Shown: positions 61,477 through 64,000 of the stretch, one piece after another | How the letters are laid out: each line of letters starts with the position of its first letter | Position numbering within the stretch: position 1 is the stretch's first letter | From: Arcobacteraceae bacterium | GTDB lineage: Bacteria; Campylobacterota; Campylobacteria; Campylobacterales; Arcobacteraceae | Length of the DNA: 64,000 nt | Direction of reading: 5' to 3' | NCBI GenBank assembly: GCA_048268245.1 | Contig: JBLWVX010000001.1 | Location: 32,001 to 96,000, forward strand | Made by a program: the position numbers and the translations under genes | Notes under the pieces: model-generated | Databases searched by the model: none | Told to the model about the DNA's origin: nothing | What the model saw: only the letters and a program-made list of their open reading frames with translations

Positions 61477-61603
61477 ACTGCGTTTAAAGTTAAAAAATTT
61501 ATAAAAATAAAAATAAAAGTTTGAATTTTCTTAATTACAAAATTTGTAAAAAAGTGATAAATTTTATCTAAAATATTCTTTTATATGTGTAAAGTAGAAT
61601 TTT

Positions 61604-63406
61604 TTATTCTACTGTTACACTTTTTGCAAGGTTTCTTGGCATATCTACATCATTTCCTAATCTTATAGATATTTCCATAGAAAGAAGTTGTAAAGCAACT
61701 AGCATTTCAAAAAACTCTAACATATAATGATCAGTTATTTCAGTCTTTATAAAATCATCTGCTAGTTCAAAATCAAGTGGAGATACAGAACAAATAGTAC
61801 TATCTCTGGCGCTTAACTCTTCAACATTTGACTTAATCTTGTCATATAGTAAGTTTTGTGGCATTAATGCAATTGTAAATAATTCAGGGTCAGCTAAAGC
61901 AATAGGTCCATGTTTCATCTCACCTGCTGGATAACCTTCTGCATGTAAATATGAAATCTCTTTAAGTTTTAATGCACCTTCAAGTGCTAAAGGGAAGAAT
62001 ACATCTCTTCCAATAAAGAAGAACCCATGTCCATGTAAATATCTCTTTGATAATCTTTTTGTCTTTTCATGAATTTTATCATTTACTATAAGTGCCTTCG
62101 GAACTTCTCTTAAAGCATGTAATTCACTTTGTAATACATCGTTATCTATTACATTTTTTTCTTTTGCAAAATATAAAGCCAACATCCATAAAACAACTGT
62201 TTGTGTTGAAAATGCTTTTGTTGAGGCAACACCTTTTTCAATTCCTGCTCTTGTAAGTATTTTATAATCAGCAACTCTTGTCATAGATGAGTTATCAACA
62301 TTACATACTACAAGTGATTTTAAACCTGCATTTTTTGCCATTTTTAAAGCTTCTAAAGTATCAGCTGTTTCACCACTTTGCGAGATAACAATAAATAAAG
62401 TATCATCAGTTAATAAAGGCTCTTTATATCTAAATTCACTTGCAATTTCTACATTACACTTAACTTTTGAAAGTCTTTCAAATAAATAAGCTGCTGTTAA
62501 TCCTGCATGATATGATGTACCACAAGCACAAATTTTAATCTCTTTAATTCCTTCAATAATTGAAGCATCTATCTCATCAAAAAAAGTTTCATTATCTTTT
62601 ACACGTCCAAGCATACAATCACTTACAACATCACTTTGCTCGTAAATTTCTTTTTCCATGAAAAATCTAAAACCATCTTTTTGAGCATACTGTTTAGAAC
62701 TAGGTAAAGTTCCCCATGAGTAATCATCACAGAAAAATTCAATACCATCTTGTGCACTTGCTACTCCACCTACTCCGTCTTCAAGATATACTACATCATT
62801 TGCTAAGCCAATTAAAGGTGCATCAGAAGAAGCAAATAAAACTTCATTTTCTTCATTTCCTTTTGCTACGATTAAAGGACTTCCATGTTTAAAGAAATAT
62901 ACTTTTTTTGGTGCAGCTTTTGAGATTAGAAGAATTGAAAAGGCACCTTCTAATCTTCCAATAGTATTATGAAAGGCTTTTGTTGTATCATTTAATTCAT
63001 TTTGATAGTTTTCAAAAAGATGTACTATAACTTCTGTATCTGTTTGAGATACAAACTTATGTCCTTTTGCAATTAATTCTTCTTTTAATTCTTTATAGTT
63101 TTCAATAATCCCATTATGAACTACATAAGAGTATTCACCTAAATGTGGGTGTGCATTTAATTCTGTTGGTTTACCGTGAGTTGCCCATCTTGTATGACCT
63201 ATTCCAATTTCATAAGCATTAGTATTGGAATCTACTTTTTCTCTTAAGTTATTCAATTTTCCTAAAGCTTTATAAACATCAATTTTTTCTTGATTTAATA
63301 GTGCAATTCCAGCTGAATCATAACCTCTGTATTCTAACTCTTTTAAACCATCTAATAAAATTTCTTTTGTATTTTGTTTACCAATATAACCAACAATTCC
63401 GCACAT
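61604..63406 (-). CDS. glmS: Glutamine--fructose-6-phosphate aminotransferase
   Basis: True start MCGIVG at 63406 (catalytic Cys1), LEYRGYDSAG, GHTRWATHG, PRNLAKSVTVE. Confidence 0.98.
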   Translation of the reverse strand: MCGIVGYIGKQNTKEILLDGLKELEYRGYDSAGIALLNQEKIDVYKALGKLNNLREKVDSNTNAYEIGIGHTRWATHGKPTELNAHPHLGEYSYVVHNGIIENYKELKEELIAKGHKFVSQTDTEVIVHLFENYQNELNDTTKAFHNTIGRLEGAFSILLISKAAPKKVYFFKHGSPLIVAKGNEENEVLFASSDAPLIGLANDVVYLEDGVGGVASAQDGIEFFCDDYSWGTLPSSKQYAQKDGFRFFMEKEIYEQSDVVSDCMLGRVKDNETFFDEIDASIIEGIKEIKICACGTSYHAGLTAAYLFERLSKVKCNVEIASEFRYKEPLLTDDTLFIVISQSGETADTLEALKMAKNAGLKSLVVCNVDNSSMTRVADYKILTRAGIEKGVASTKAFSTQTVVLWMLALYFAKEKNVIDNDVLQSELHALREVPKALIVNDKIHEKTKRLSKRYLHGHGFFFIGRDVFFPLALEGALKLKEISYLHAEGYPAGEMKHGPIALADPELFTIALMPQNLLYDKIKSNVEELSARDSTICSVSPLDFELADDFIKTEITDHYMLEFFEMLVALQLLSMEISIRLGNDVDMPRNLAKSVTVE

Positions 63407-63534
63407 GTAATACCTTTTTAAGTGTAAATATATCCCGTGATTATATTTAAGTCTTACTAAAAAAATGCTTTGGTAACTGAATAACTTATTAAACAATTTA
63501 GATATTCATAATTTTTTTTTGATACAATTTGTTC

Positions 63535-64000
63535 ATGAAACAATTTATAGATACAAGCAATAACTATTTTACTTTCTCTTCATGTGAAACTTGTGAAGCA
63601 AACTGTTGTGATGGACGAAAAGGAACAGTGTTTTCTCAAATCATATTATCTGATTTTGAAGAGATTTATAAAAACTACCCTATACTTTTTATTTTTGGGG
63701 AATTAGGTTATTTAAAACCTGTAATTATTCTTACAAATGGAAAAGATTTTTGTCCACATTTAAAAGATTTCAAATGTGGTATATATGAAAAAAGATCTTC
63801 TATTTGTAGAACATACCCATTAAGTGCAAACATAGACAACAAAATTTATATTGATTCACTTTGTCCTGCCGTTGGAAAAAATCAAAATGATTCACTAATA
63901 GTAGAGAATTCAAATGTAAATAAAAAGTTTTTTGTTCCTATTTTAGATAATTATCAAGATAAATATATTGATACGTTCCATGAATTTGATAAATTTAATA
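63535..64000 (+). CDS. YkgJ-family cysteine cluster protein (3' truncated by window)
   Basis: Hand translation: CETCEANCC ... CPHL...CGIYEKR..ICRTYP; not in ORF track because no stop in window. Confidence 0.8.
   Translation, partial: MKQFIDTSNNYFTFSSCETCEANCCDGRKGTVFSQIILSDFEEIYKNYPILFIFGELGYLKPVIILTNGKDFCPHLKDFKCGIYEKRSSICRTYPLSANIDNKIYIDSLCPAVGKNQNDSLIVENSNVNKKFFVPILDNYQDKYIDTFHEFDKFN

Noticed and set aside
258..63496. Extended N-termini in the ORF track (258, 7415, 22320, 28450, 34661, 63496)
   Set aside because: Downstream ATGs fit Shine-Dalgarno position or family N-termini better (303, 7475, 22350, 28552, 34721, 63406)
63407..63520. Possible glmS ribozyme upstream of glmS
   Set aside because: Short AT-rich divergent intergenic region without the expected paired core

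Overview
Very AT-rich bacterial chromosome segment. Gene content and order (epsilon-type mqo, aroQ-amidohydrolase-sppA, accD-rlmH-dksA-dus, CadF-like OmpAs, MutS-HNH) point to Campylobacterota, most likely Arcobacteraceae (inference). No mobile element, prophage or CRISPR array was seen. Layout: ileS 5' end, mqo, cinA and four tRNAs (Lys, Glu, Val, Asp). A ~17-kb acetate/monocarboxylate locus follows: Cache-domain two-component system, three sodium:solute symporters with small partner subunits, two copies of a cNMP-CBS-DUF294 nucleotidyltransferase + DEDDh exonuclease pair, and pta-ackA. Then housekeeping genes (sppA, aroQ, folK, two different mnmA, prs, two ompA, lepA, hisH/hisA), a DUF1538-PII / thioredoxin / c-heme protein / MutS-HNH operon, leuA, a six-gene c-di-GMP signalling cluster, ftsH-prmA, the accD operon, metK, glmS and a truncated YkgJ gene. 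Best leads: (1) the duplicated nucleotidyltransferase/exonuclease pair tied to ActP transporters, a possible writer/eraser system; (2) an unannotated Leu4 leader peptide with its own consensus promoter upstream of leuA; (3) six symmetrically spaced copies of the metK start sequence in its 5' leader; (4) a TGCTA-N6-TGCTA direct repeat at all four acetate-locus promoters. All functional calls come from motif recognition by eye; no searches were run.
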